63,069 nt of DNA from Candidatus Micrarchaeota archaeon (GCA_040754495.1 JBFMCO010000051.1:1-63069), one strand, 5' to 3'. Numbered from the stretch's first letter, positions 55,626-63,069 are shown. Translations and numbers: made by a program. The notes: generated by a model not told the origin, from the sequence alone.

Positions 55626-55749
55626 ACCGGAGAGATGCCTGAATGTCAGAAGAAGTTCGGAACTACTGCCTGTGGCATCTCCCCAGCTATTATATACCTT
55701 TTGATACAATCTCATAGCGTCAGATTCTACTTGACCCCCAGGTGATGAT

Positions 55750-56862
55750 TTGGACAGCAATGCGGCGTCTCCGGCTCCGGAGACGATGGCGGAGAGGCAC
55801 ATACTCGCGGACGTTTCCCCCAAGTCGAAGGACGACGAGGAGATACTCAAGTTCATAGAGGAAAGCAGGCCCAACATATACGTCGTAGGCGCAGGAGGGA
55901 GCGGCAGCAACACGCTGGGCCGCCTCTTCAATATGGGCATCGCCGGAGTGAATCTCATCGCCATGAACACCGACGCCCGCCACCTTCTCCATGTCCATGC
56001 AAACAGGAAGGTGCTCCTCGGCAAGAAAGTCAGCAAGGGCAGGGGCGCCGGCAGCAATCCTGCCATCGGGGAGGAGTCGGCCAAGGAGTCCATGGAGGAA
56101 ATCAAGGAGTCGCTCAAGGAGCCGTCGATGGTCTTCATCACGTGCGGCCTCGGCGGCGGGACAGGCACCGGCAGCGCCCCGATAATCGCCGAAGCTGCCA
56201 AGAGCATGGGCGCTCTCACGGTCGCGGTGGTTACGCTCCCGTTCACGTCCGAGGGCAAGGTGCGCATGGAAAACGCCCTTAACGGCCTGGAGAAGCTCAA
56301 GAAGAACACCGACACCGTCATAGTCATCAAGAACGACAAGCTCCTGAGCCTGGTGCCCGACCTTCCGCTGAACACGGCCTTCAAGGTCTGCGACGAGGTG
56401 CTGGCCGGCTCGGTCAAGGGCATAGCCGAGCTTGTCACGAAAGCGGGCCTCGTGAACGTCGATTTTGCGGACCTGCGGACCATCCTGAGCGAAGGCGGAT
56501 TCGCGGTAATCGGGCTCGGCGAGGCGTCGCTGGATGCCAAGAAGGAGGACCGGGCGAGGGTAGCCGTCGAGACCGCCCTCAACTCGCCCCTCCTGGATGC
56601 CGATGTCAGCACGTCCACGCGGGCGCTCATCAACGTCATCGGCGGCGAGGACATGAGCCTGAAGGAGGCGGAATACGTCGTCGCCGAGACCGCAACCCGC
56701 ATCAACCCGAATGCCCACATAATCTGGGGCTCGAGGATTGACGAGAACATAAAAAAATCTTCCATGCGTGTGCTGGTGGTGCTCGCGGGGGTCAGGTTCC
56801 CCAAGCACGTGATAAAGGCTGACGGCGAGCAGGAAAGCCTGGATTTAGACATCATTGGTTAG
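55750..56862 (+). CDS. ftsZ: Cell division protein FtsZ
   Basis: VVGAGGSGSN, GLGGGTGTG, NVDFADL; AGGTGAT SD before the TTG. Confidence 0.97.
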   Translation: MDSNAASPAPETMAERHILADVSPKSKDDEEILKFIEESRPNIYVVGAGGSGSNTLGRLFNMGIAGVNLIAMNTDARHLLHVHANRKVLLGKKVSKGRGAGSNPAIGEESAKESMEEIKESLKEPSMVFITCGLGGGTGTGSAPIIAEAAKSMGALTVAVVTLPFTSEGKVRMENALNGLEKLKKNTDTVIVIKNDKLLSLVPDLPLNTAFKVCDEVLAGSVKGIAELVTKAGLVNVDFADLRTILSEGGFAVIGLGEASLDAKKEDRARVAVETALNSPLLDADVSTSTRALINVIGGEDMSLKEAEYVVAETATRINPNAHIIWGSRIDENIKKSSMRVLVVLAGVRFPKHVIKADGEQESLDLDIIG

Positions 56863-57060
56863 GTGGTCTTGTTGGAGACAGGAGAGCTGGTAAAAAGATG
56901 CATCAGGATACTGCACATTTCGCGCAAGCCCACTGGTGCCGAATATTCGAAGGTGGCCAAGGTAACTGCGGTCGGCATGCTGATATTCGGCCTCGTCGGG
57001 TTCGTCATAGAAGCGCTGGCCAAGTTCCTTGATTCGACGATTCCAAATCTTATAAGGTGA
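56863..57060 (+). CDS. secE: Protein translocase subunit SecE/Sec61-gamma
   Basis: RILHISRKPT..EY.KVAKVT.VG...GLVGF; conserved ftsZ-secE-spt5 order. Confidence 0.9.
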   Translation: MVLLETGELVKRCIRILHISRKPTGAEYSKVAKVTAVGMLIFGLVGFVIEALAKFLDSTIPNLIR

Positions 57061-57065
57061 TATGA

Positions 57066-57524
57066 ATGATCCACACAATCCGAGTCACTTCCGGTCAGGA
57101 GAAGATTATCGCGGAGATACTGATGAAGAAGGCCCGGGCGGAGAAGCTCGACGTCTATTCCATCGTGCACGTGGAGAACGTGAAGGGCTACCTTTTCGTG
57201 GAGTCCAACGACGAGAACACGCTCGTCAAGCTCATCCAGAAGGTCAAGCACGTGAAGGGCTTCCTGAAGAAGCCGGTAACGGTCGCCGAGATAGAGAACC
57301 TCGTCAAGGCCGAGAAGAAGCCGGCGCTCATCATAGAGGCGGGCGACATCGTCGAGATGTCCAGCGGGCCGTTCAAGGGCGAGAGGGCGAAAGTCCTGAA
57401 GCTCGACGAGGCCAAGGACGAGATAACCGTCGAGCTCATGGAAGTGGCCGTGCCCATACCGGTGACGGTCAAGAGCAAGATGGTGAAGCTGTTCCAGAAG
57501 GCCGACCAGGGAGAGGACCAGTAG
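57066..57524 (+). CDS. spt5: Transcription elongation factor Spt5/NusG
   Basis: RVTSGQEK, KGYLFVE, KOW GDIVE..SGPFKGE.AKV. Confidence 0.95.
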   Translation: MIHTIRVTSGQEKIIAEILMKKARAEKLDVYSIVHVENVKGYLFVESNDENTLVKLIQKVKHVKGFLKKPVTVAEIENLVKAEKKPALIIEAGDIVEMSSGPFKGERAKVLKLDEAKDEITVELMEVAVPIPVTVKSKMVKLFQKADQGEDQ

Positions 57525-57561
57525 CCCCTCTGCCTGCTCAGCCCCTCGGGGTTTTCCCAGA

Positions 57562-57630
57562 AGGTTTCCGGTTCCGGGTTTCCAGTTCCGATGCCGAAAA
57601 CAGGAAACCGGAGACCCGCCATCCGCAGAC
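57562..57630. repeat. Heptad array, about 10 units, head-to-head, between convergent genes
   Basis: aggtttc cggttcc gggtttc cagttcc gatgccg aaaacag gaaaccg gagaccc gccatcc. Confidence 0.85.
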
Positions 57631-58740
57631 CTACTTTTTCTTCCCCCTGTCGTCCGCTCCCGGAGCCGGGTATATCACCCTCACCGGGAAGGGGATGCTT
57701 ATGCTATTCTTCTTGAACGCATAGAACAGCTCCCGGTTGACCTCCTTGAGGACCGCGAACCGGTTGATGTATCCTTTCACCAGGTAGCCGAACTTGAAGT
57801 CCAGGGAGTAGTCGCCGAAAGAGTCGAACCTGACCCACACCGACGCCTCGTCCAGCAGGGGGTTCTTTTTCGCGACCGAGCGGAGGCTCTCGGTTATGAC
57901 CTTCTCCACGAAGTCTATGTCCTCCCTGCAGTCCACGCCTACGCCGTATATGACGCCGCTCAGCTCGTGCGGGGTGGAATAGTTCTCGAGCACGCTTCCG
58001 GCCAGTTTCGAGTTCGGGACGGTTATCTCGTTCTGCGAGAGCGTAACGAGCCTCGTAGTGCGCCAGCCTATCTGCTTCACCGTCCCCTCGATTCCGGATT
58101 CCAGCTTCACGTAGTCCTCTTCCCGGAATGGCTTGTCGATGAGGATGTGCACGCCGGCAAAGAAGTTGCCGAGCGTGTCCTGCAGCGCGAGCGCCACCGC
58201 CAGGCCGCCAACCCCGAGGCCCGTGATGATGGCGCCGGTCTCGAAGCCGAGCCTCTGCAGGATGAAGACGACGAATATCATCACTATGGCGACCTTCACC
58301 ACGTTCCTGACGAAGGGGAATATCTCGTTCTCCCTGACCTTCCTCTTGTCCACCCGTATCTCGAGGCCGTACCAGAGCAGGAACGCATCCGCGATGGAGC
58401 TGAGCATGAGGCCGACGATGCCGAGCATCACGATTACGTAGATGTCGAACTCGTTGTAGCCGCCGAAGACGGCCATGTCCGGATATACGGCCTCCAGGGA
58501 CAGCCACAGGGCCGTGATGATTGATACCGCGGGCAGATACGCCCCGACCGCCTTCAGCAGCCTGTCATCGAGCGTGGTCTTCGTCTTTCCCACGAGGAAC
58601 CCGAGCACCTTGAGCGATGCAACGAGAACAATGTCGAAGCCGATTGCGAGGGCCGCCAGCAATATCACGAAGGCAGTTATCTGCCCCCCCGGCAGGCCCG
58701 TCAGGAACTCGTAATAGGGGATGGTGACGGCGAAATCCAT
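57631..58740 (-). CDS. mscS: Small-conductance mechanosensitive channel MscS
   Basis: GLGVGGLAVALALQDTLGNFFAG, IGWRTT, VPNSKL, FGDYSLDF, IPFP. Confidence 0.92.
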   Translation of the reverse strand: MDFAVTIPYYEFLTGLPGGQITAFVILLAALAIGFDIVLVASLKVLGFLVGKTKTTLDDRLLKAVGAYLPAVSIITALWLSLEAVYPDMAVFGGYNEFDIYVIVMLGIVGLMLSSIADAFLLWYGLEIRVDKRKVRENEIFPFVRNVVKVAIVMIFVVFILQRLGFETGAIITGLGVGGLAVALALQDTLGNFFAGVHILIDKPFREEDYVKLESGIEGTVKQIGWRTTRLVTLSQNEITVPNSKLAGSVLENYSTPHELSGVIYGVGVDCREDIDFVEKVITESLRSVAKKNPLLDEASVWVRFDSFGDYSLDFKFGYLVKGYINRFAVLKEVNRELFYAFKKNSISIPFPVRVIYPAPGADDRGKKK

Positions 58741-58801
58741 AATGGAAATAAGAATATCAATCCTTAAAAATTCTTCCCGGCTTTTTCATGCTATCGCATC
58801 C

Positions 58802-58977
58802 GCGACCGTAGTCTAGTGGTAGGATCTGAGCTTCCCACGCGCCTTTTGAAAAAAGGCGCGCCCAAAACTGTCCGTTTGCAAACCCTCGAAGGGTTTGCCG
58901 GAAATAAGTTTTAGGGCGCCTTTTACTAAAAGGCGCAGAAAAAGCTCATGACCCGGGTTCGAGCCCCGGCGGTCGCA
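58802..58977 (+). tRNA. tRNA-Gly(CCC) with a 105-nt intron at 37/38 (58838-58942)
   Basis: Acceptor GCGACCG/CGGTCGC with A73; anticodon stem TGAGC/GCTCA; loop TTCCCA|A; T-arm CCGGG TTCGAGC CCCGG; BHB-like junction. Confidence 0.9.
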
Positions 58978-59015
58978 GTAGCTTTTTTTTCTTCACCATA
59001 ACTGCTAATCTTATG

Positions 59016-59075
59016 TGGTTCCCGGTCTCGGGTTTCCGGTTTCGTACGGAACCCGGAACTGGAAACAGGGAACGC
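59016..59075. repeat. Heptad array, head-to-head, downstream of tRNA-Gly
   Basis: tggttcc cggtctc gggtttc cggtttc gtacgga acccgga actggaa acaggga. Confidence 0.85.
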
Positions 59076-59081
59076 AGCTTT

Positions 59082-59096
59082 CCCGGCGGTCGCAGT
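59082..59096 (+). repeat. 15-bp direct repeat of the tRNA-Gly 3' end
   Basis: CCCGGCGGTCGCAGT occurs at 58965-58979 and 59082-59096; each copy is followed by a T-tract. Confidence 0.75.
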
Positions 59097-59140
59097 GCCT
59101 CTTTTTTGCATCGCCATCACTGTCGTTCCCCAGTGGTCCC

Positions 59141-59190
59141 CAGTTTCCGGTTTCCAGTACGGGATGCCGGAAACAGGATGCCGGAAACGC
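59141..59190. repeat. Heptad array, 7 units
   Basis: cagtttc cggtttc cagtacg ggatgcc ggaaaca ggatgcc ggaaacg. Confidence 0.8.
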
Positions 59191-59448
59191 AACTTTCCCG
59201 GTGCTTGCATTGAAACTTTTCTAAGTCTCTGCTACGGCCAAAGTTTCCAATTGGAGCGTCGTGTGCTCCAATGGGCCACAGAAACCGCCGCGCGGTTTCT
59301 GCCGCTCATCAAACATCCTGTCCGGTTTCGCTGCGGGACGGAAATTTTCGTAATATAAGCGTCTGTTTTCACAAATCACCATCGAATCTTTCAGAAACTT
59401 TTATATTGATTGCGACCTCATCTCCTGCAAGAACGAGGTGATTTCAGA

Positions 59449-59514
59449 ATGGCTGCGAAGAAGAAAAAAGCCGCGAAGAAGAAACCAGTGAAGAAGAAAG
59501 GAAAGAAGAGATGA
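59449..59514 (+). CDS. 21-aa Lys-rich peptide MAAKKKKAAKKKPVKKKGKKR
   Basis: TATA-like TTTTATATT at about 59398, SD GAGGTGAT just upstream of the ATG, T-tract downstream. Too short for the ORF track. Confidence 0.7.
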   Translation: MAAKKKKAAKKKPVKKKGKKR

Positions 59515-59566
59515 TTGTTTTTGGAGGCGCAAGCCTCCGCGATTTCTATCGTGTATCTTTCTTTTT

Positions 59567-60562
59567 TTATAAAAACAGCGTGTCCAGCACCGAATAGCTG
59601 GCGAATCCCATCAGCATGCTCACCGGGACTGTGAGGGCCCATCCGAAGAGTATCTCGCGCATGACCCCCATGTTTATCGCGTGGCCTCCTTTTGCAGCGC
59701 TCACCCCCATTATCGAGCCGGAAACTGTCTGGCTCGTGCTCAGCGGGAAGCCGAGCATGGAGGCTCCGCCTACCACGAGGGCGGCGCTGGTCTCCGCCGC
59801 GAACCCCTGCCACGGCCTGATTCTCGCCAGCCGGAATCCCATAGTCCGGACTATCCTCCACCCCCCGAAGAGAGTGCCGAGGGAAAGCGCCAGGAACGTT
59901 ACCGCTTTGAGCCAGAGCGGAATGGCATCGCCCCCGCTCTGCAGGCCATAGAATATGAAAATAGCGGCCAGGACCCCGGTGGATTTCTGCCCGTCATTGG
60001 CCCCGTGCGCTATCGAGAAGAAGAGCGATGAGAAGACCTGCAGCCTGCTGAAACCGGCGCTCAGCGCCGCGGATGCCCTCCCCCTCACCGCCCTGAGGAG
60101 GATGGCGACGAAGAGAAGCACCGCAAGGAAAGCGACGATGGGGGCCAGCGCCATCGGGACCAGTATCTTGAATATCAGGCTGTCGAACTTCACCACCTCC
60201 AGGCCCGCGGCAGCTATGCCCGCCCCTGCCAGCGTCCCTATGAGCACCTGCGTCTCGGAGATGGGTATCCCCTTGCGGTAGGTGATATACTCCCAGACCA
60301 TGCCGCCAAGGATAGCCGCTATGACCAGGGAAGCCGAAACCGCTGAAGGGTCCACGACGCCCTTCCCGATTGTCGCCGCCACGGCCTCGCCGAGGAACAT
60401 GCCGATAAGGTTTCCGGAGGCCGCGAGCACGACGGCCTGGATGGGCGACAATACCCTCGTAGCTACGACCGTGGTGATGGCATTGGAAGCATCGCTGAAC
60501 CCGCTCCAGAACGTCCACCAGAGAACGAACCCGACCGCCGCGAAGAAAACGAGTTCGAGCAT
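59567..60562 (-). CDS. pit: PiT-family inorganic phosphate transporter
   Basis: GFSDASNAITTVVATRVL, AHGANDGQK, PLSTSQ..SGSIMG. Confidence 0.92.
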   Translation of the reverse strand: MLELVFFAAVGFVLWWTFWSGFSDASNAITTVVATRVLSPIQAVVLAASGNLIGMFLGEAVAATIGKGVVDPSAVSASLVIAAILGGMVWEYITYRKGIPISETQVLIGTLAGAGIAAAGLEVVKFDSLIFKILVPMALAPIVAFLAVLLFVAILLRAVRGRASAALSAGFSRLQVFSSLFFSIAHGANDGQKSTGVLAAIFIFYGLQSGGDAIPLWLKAVTFLALSLGTLFGGWRIVRTMGFRLARIRPWQGFAAETSAALVVGGASMLGFPLSTSQTVSGSIMGVSAAKGGHAINMGVMREILFGWALTVPVSMLMGFASYSVLDTLFL

Positions 60563-60571
60563 CGTCCCACA

Positions 60572-61198
60572 TCAGGAATACTTCAGTCGTATGTCGAGTA
60601 TGACGTTGCTCACGTCCTCGCACTTGTCCGTGACTATCTCGAGCGTCTCGTATATCTCCTTGTACTTCATTATCTGGATGGCGTCCTTCCCCCGAAACAG
60701 TTTCGATATCTCGCCGTGGAGGAGATTGTCCGCGTCGTTCTCGAGCTTGTGTATCTGCACGCAGCTCTTTTCTATCTCCTCCTTCTTCATGCCCTTTATC
60801 CCTTCCATGGCCTTGTTGATGTGCTCGACCTGGTACCTGATTATCCGGGCGAACTCCTTCATGGCGGGCGTAGGCGCCCTGATGTCGTAGAGCTCGAGGC
60901 GGTTGGCCGCTCCGTAAATGTAGTCAAGGACGTCGTCGTAGCGCGAGGCGAGGCGCGATATGTCCTCGTGGTCGAGGGGGGCTATCAGGGTCTCGTTGAG
61001 CTTGTAGTATATCTCATGGACTATGTTGTCGCCTTCGTGCTCGAGCCTCTTTATCTCATCGCGCTTCTCCCGAATCGAGCTGAAGTCCTCGGTGAGCTCG
61101 AGGAGCGCTTTGGAGGCCCCGTCGACCATCCTGGACTGCTTTGAGAGCAGCTCGAAGAAAGCGTAATCCTGCGGGATTATCCATTCCCGTATTCCCAT
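60572..61198 (-). CDS. DUF47 PhoU-like Pit accessory protein
   Basis: IKRLEHEGD, LIAPLDHEDI, IHKLENDAD, LEIVTDKCEDV; adjacent to pit. Confidence 0.92.
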   Translation of the reverse strand: MGIREWIIPQDYAFFELLSKQSRMVDGASKALLELTEDFSSIREKRDEIKRLEHEGDNIVHEIYYKLNETLIAPLDHEDISRLASRYDDVLDYIYGAANRLELYDIRAPTPAMKEFARIIRYQVEHINKAMEGIKGMKKEEIEKSCVQIHKLENDADNLLHGEISKLFRGKDAIQIMKYKEIYETLEIVTDKCEDVSNVILDIRLKYS

Positions 61199-61202
61199 AA
61201 CA

Positions 61203-62435
61203 TCACTGGTAGATGGGGAACCTGGCGCACAGCTCCTCCACCTCGTTCCTGACGCGCAGCTTCAGCTCCGAGTCGCTCGGCTTCTCTATCACCCTCACAA
61301 TCATGCGGGCGACCTCCTTCATCTCGCCCTCTTTCATCCCCCTCGTGGTGAGCGCCGCGCTGCCGACCCTGAGGCCGCTCGTCACGAAAGGCGGGCGGGG
61401 GTCGTTCGGTATGGAATTCCTGTTCGTTATGACGCCGGCCTCCTCGAGGGCCATCTGGGCGTCCTTGCCAGTTATGCCCTTCGGGGTGAGGTCCACGAGA
61501 ACAAGGTGCGTGTCGGTCCCTCCCGCAACCAGGCGCAGGCCGTTTTCCGAAAGTGTGCCTGCAAGGGCCTTCGCGTTCTTCACTACCTGCGCCGCATAAT
61601 CCTTGAATCCGGGCTGGAGGGCCTCCTGGAAGCATACCGCCTTGCCGGCAATGCAGTGCTCGAGCGGGCCGCCCTGCATGCCCGGGAAGACGGCCTTGTC
61701 TATCTTCTGGGCGTTCGCCTCGGGGCACATTATCATCGCGCCCCTCGGGCCGCGGAGCGTCTTGTGCGTCGTCGTGGTTATGATGTCGGCATACTGGGCC
61801 GGGGACGGATACACGCCGCCTGCGACAAGCCCGGCAAAATGGCTTATGTCCGCCATCATGACGGCACCCACTTCGTCGCATATTCCCCGAAACGCCTTGA
61901 AGTCTATGGTGAGGGGGTAGGCGGTGTAGCCGCATATGACGAGCTTCGGCTTCTCCTCCAGCGCCCTCTTCCTTATCGCGTCGTAATCGAGCGCCTCGGT
62001 CTGCCTGTCCACCGTGTAGGCGCACGGCTTGAACCATTTGCCCGAGAAATTCACGGGCGAGCCGTGCGTGAGGTGGCCGCCGTTCGCGAGGTCGAGCCCC
62101 ATGAACTTGTCCCCGACGTTGAGGAAGGCGAAGAACGCGGCGATGTTGGCCGAAGCGCCGGCATGGGGCTGGACGTTCGCGTGGCCGACGCCGAACAGCT
62201 TCTTCGCGCGCTCGATGGCAAGCAGCTCCACCTCGTCCACATACCGGTTGCCGGCATAATACCTCTTTTTGGGATACCCCTCCGCGTACTTGTTCGTCAG
62301 GACCGAGCCGGTCGCCTCCATGACGGCCCTGCTCGCGTAATTCTCGGAGGCTATGAGCCTGAGCGTCTTCTTCTGGTATTCCAGCTCCTTCTCAATAAGT
62401 CCGAAAACTGCCGAGTCGGTTTGCTTCAGAGACAT
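61203..62435 (-). CDS. glyA: Serine hydroxymethyltransferase (bacterial-like)
   Basis: [47 protein letters not shown]. Confidence 0.96.
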   Translation of the reverse strand: MSLKQTDSAVFGLIEKELEYQKKTLRLIASENYASRAVMEATGSVLTNKYAEGYPKKRYYAGNRYVDEVELLAIERAKKLFGVGHANVQPHAGASANIAAFFAFLNVGDKFMGLDLANGGHLTHGSPVNFSGKWFKPCAYTVDRQTEALDYDAIRKRALEEKPKLVICGYTAYPLTIDFKAFRGICDEVGAVMMADISHFAGLVAGGVYPSPAQYADIITTTTHKTLRGPRGAMIMCPEANAQKIDKAVFPGMQGGPLEHCIAGKAVCFQEALQPGFKDYAAQVVKNAKALAGTLSENGLRLVAGGTDTHLVLVDLTPKGITGKDAQMALEEAGVITNRNSIPNDPRPPFVTSGLRVGSAALTTRGMKEGEMKEVARMIVRVIEKPSDSELKLRVRNEVEELCARFPIYQ

Positions 62436-62518
62436 ATTGACCTCCCAACCTTGATTGCCGCTAATCATTTTAAATGAATCGAGCCATCTCAATAACGCTT
62501 TTGGTTTAGAATAAGTTT

Positions 62519-62683
62519 GCCGACGTCGCATAACCTGGTAGTGCGCACACAAGTGTCTCCAGTTCCGGGTTTCCGGTTTTGGGATTTTGGCGCAAGCCTG
62601 GAATCCGCCTTTAAGCTAAGGCGATTCTAATGCCAGCGAGCGTGTTCCCCTGTGGATCGGGAGTTCAAATCTCCCCGTCGGCG
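62519..62683 (+). tRNA. tRNA-Ser(GGA) with two introns: 29/30 (62549-62595, 47 nt) and 37/38 (62604-62638, 35 nt)
   Basis: Removing both introns gives GCCGACG/CGTCGGC with G73, anticodon stem CACGC/GCGTG, loop CTGGAAA, a long variable arm and the T-loop TTCAAAT. BHB central helices are GCGC/GCGC and CTGG/CCAG. Confidence 0.88.
62559..62586. repeat. Heptad array inside tRNA-Ser intron 1
   Basis: ccagttc cgggttt ccggttt tgggatt. Confidence 0.75.
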
Positions 62684-62691
62684 ATTTTCCT

Positions 62692-62719
62692 TTGTTTCCA
62701 GTATCCGGTCCTGGGTTTC
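62692..62719. repeat. Heptad array in the loop of a 13-bp inverted repeat after tRNA-Ser
   Basis: ttgtttc cagtatc cggtcct gggtttc, flanked by CGGCGATTTTCCT and AGGAAAATCGCCG. Confidence 0.6.
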
Positions 62720-62940
62720 GGCTCAGGAAAATCGCCGTTCTTGAACGGTCCGCCGTTCAAGCGTCCGGCGTTTTTTCCCCCACGCCTGCCTCGCCTCCGG
62801 CTCGGAATTTTCCGACTTTTCAGCCCCCAACCGCCAATCCAGGAGAACACCCCATCTGCCCTTGCATGCGAAGCATGCAAGCAAAGGCCGTCTGGAAGAC
62901 GGTCAGAAGACTAGGCCGGCTGAACCCACCAAGCCGATAC

Positions 62941-63069
62941 TAATAGTCTAGGACAAAATTAGACGAACTTTTATAAATTGTCCTCCGTAGATACTATCTA
63001 TGGTCTGGCATCTACCAAAAGGAGATGAATTCCTCCCCAAAATATCCGTTGAAGAGTTAAGGCAAACGT
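62941..63069 (+). mobile_element. Probable left end and transposase start of an IS630-like element (truncated by the window edge)
   Basis: Abrupt drop in GC starting at a TA; ORF from 63000 reads MVWHLPKGDEFLPKISVEELRQT, reminiscent of archaeal IS630-type transposase N-termini (from memory, unverified). Confidence 0.4.

Noticed and set aside
59418-59861. 147-aa minus-strand ORF over the pit 3' end
   Set aside because: Its F-rich tail is just the antisense of the Lys-rich micropeptide, and it overlaps pit out of frame.
62436-62552. Extended N-terminus of glyA from the ORF track
   Set aside because: It overlaps the tRNA-Ser 5' exon and an AT-rich promoter. Homology begins at MSLKQTD.
62645-62660. 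CTGTGGA as a tRNA-His anticodon loop
   Set aside because: It is too close to the T-arm. It is the long variable arm of tRNA-Ser, and the GGA anticodon gives perfect stems after splicing.
12928-62719. Heptad arrays as CRISPR, REP or classical MITE
   Set aside because: They have no fixed length, no spacers, no conserved terminal IRs and no adjacent RAYT/transposase, so they are kept as an unexplained repeat family.
62909-62940. SRP RNA gene call
   Set aside because: Only two short motifs resemble the Alu domain. No helix 8 (CCGGAAGG...AGCA) is visible, so it is not called as a feature.
1-63069. Diversity-generating retroelement, retron or defence island
   Set aside because: No reverse transcriptase, template/variable repeat pair or recognisable defence nuclease was seen in this window.

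Overview
GC-rich archaeal chromosome segment. Gene content (archaeal LeuRS/MetRS, MCM, DnaG, CarS, eS8, Cgi121, Trm1, Trm5, ftsZ-secE-spt5) indicates an archaeon; the class III signal-peptide and Tad-like pilus genes suggest DPANN, probably Micrarchaeota (inference). From left to right the window contains: (1) the right end of an IS3-family element inserted into a giant beta-helix/DUF11 adhesin gene, followed by a paralogous adhesin; (2) an RNA ligase, carS and sppA; (3) five pilin-like genes; (4) housekeeping genes; (5) a Tad/type IV pilus motor locus with wHTH and coiled-coil partners; (6) four tandem PDZ-less trypsin-like proteases; (7) an internally deleted IS200/IS605 element; (8) a duplicated 55-bp promoter/operator; (9) tRNA-modification genes, ftsZ-secE-spt5 and mscS; (10) tRNA-Gly(CCC) with a 105-nt intron, a 21-aa Lys-rich peptide gene, pit/DUF47/glyA, tRNA-Ser(GGA) with two introns, and the probable start of an IS630-like element. 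The most unusual signal is a dispersed family of degenerate 7-bp tandem arrays (about CGGTTTC/GAAACCG and CGGATGC/GCATCCG). About 16 arrays were seen by eye, in intergenic gaps, in frame inside housekeeping proteins, and inside a tRNA intron. All functional calls come from motif recognition; no database searches were run.
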